A DNA stretch of 64,000 bases from Chiloscyllium plagiosum (Eukaryota), in assembly GCF_004010195.1 (NCBI RefSeq), contig NC_057719.1:29302822-29366821 (forward strand), written 5' to 3'. The translations under genes and the position numbers were made by a program. Under the pieces are notes generated by a model, which did no database searches, was not told where the DNA came from, and was given only the letters and a program-made list of their open reading frames with translations. Positions 63,410 through 64,000 of this stretch are shown in pieces (position 1 is the first letter of the stretch; every line of letters begins with the position of its first letter).

Positions 63410-63523
63410 CTGAAACTTTCATTTGAAAGAAAGCACCTTTAAATGAGGCAAGACACTGTTTTGCTACACGAGCCAACTGACCTATATGATTGCCATGCTC
63501 CATGGGAAAATACAAAACAAATA
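63410..63523 (-). pseudogene. Exon relic: EGF-like domain
   Basis: gtttcag| FCIFPW/EHGNHIGQLARVAKQCLASFKGAFFQMKVS G|gtatga matches PC.HG.C......C.C...F.G..C with several Cys mutated. Confidence 0.55.
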
Positions 63524-64000
63524 CTGAAACAACATTGCTCGGAAAAAGAAACAAATTGGTGGCAAAACTCAGCAGATCTGACATGTTTAAGATTGGTTTG
63601 GAGGGGTATGGACCGGGTGCTGGCAGGTGGGACTAGATTGGGTTGTGATAACTGGTCGGTTACTCTTCGGAGGGTCGGAAGAAGAGGTTGGACCGAAGGG
63701 TCCGTACATCTCTAAGACTATGACTATGACAGCATCTACTACTGCTAGAAATCAGAATTAACATTTCAAGTCCAGTGATTCTTCACCAGAACTGATAGTG
63801 GCTGGGAAAAGCTGATATTTATGAAGGATGGGGAGAGAGGCATTTGGACAGATGAACAGATATGTGGAGATGGAGACCACAATGAGATATGAAAATGATA
63901 GGTAGGGAATTAACATCAGGCCAGGACAGAATGGTAGGCTGTGCGGAAAGCAAACCATGGAATGTGATAACAGGCCTAAAAGTGGGTGAAAATGGGTTGG

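Noticed and set aside
8454..63523. In-frame TGA codons as selenocysteine or programmed readthrough
   Set aside because: TAA/TAG stops and many frameshifts co-occur, so neutral decay is the simpler explanation.
8454..63523. Assignment to SSPO, UMODL1, HEG1, IMPG or a chitinase
   Set aside because: The domain order does not match, and I saw no VWD, ZP or GH18 motifs, so no gene symbol is given.

Overview
AT-rich, repeat-dense vertebrate genomic DNA with three assembly gaps. The repeat set (HE1-type tRNA-derived SINEs, many CR1 LINE fragments, Penelope-like elements) points to a cartilaginous fish (shark); this is an inference. I find no intact protein-coding gene. Almost all long ORFs in the track are CR1, Penelope, Gypsy or SINE debris, or minisatellite read-through. 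Between the repeats, manual three-frame translation of the minus strand shows about 20 exon-like blocks from about 63.5 kb down to about 4-8 kb. All are on the same strand, many have AG/GT splice signals, and most carry stops or frameshifts. Together they resemble a decayed, large modular extracellular protein: EGF-like and TSP1-like modules, at least 10 chitin-binding type-2 (CBM14/peritrophin-A)-like repeats, two SEA-like domains, three F5/8 type C (discoidin)-like domains, and possibly a transmembrane segment. This apparent pseudogene of a peritrophin/mucin-like protein is the main finding. Second, three families of Penelope-type termini carry minimal hammerhead-ribozyme motifs, often as inverted pairs bounded by roughly 11-15 bp target-site duplications. 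All domain calls are by-eye motif recognition across frameshifts and need HMM confirmation.
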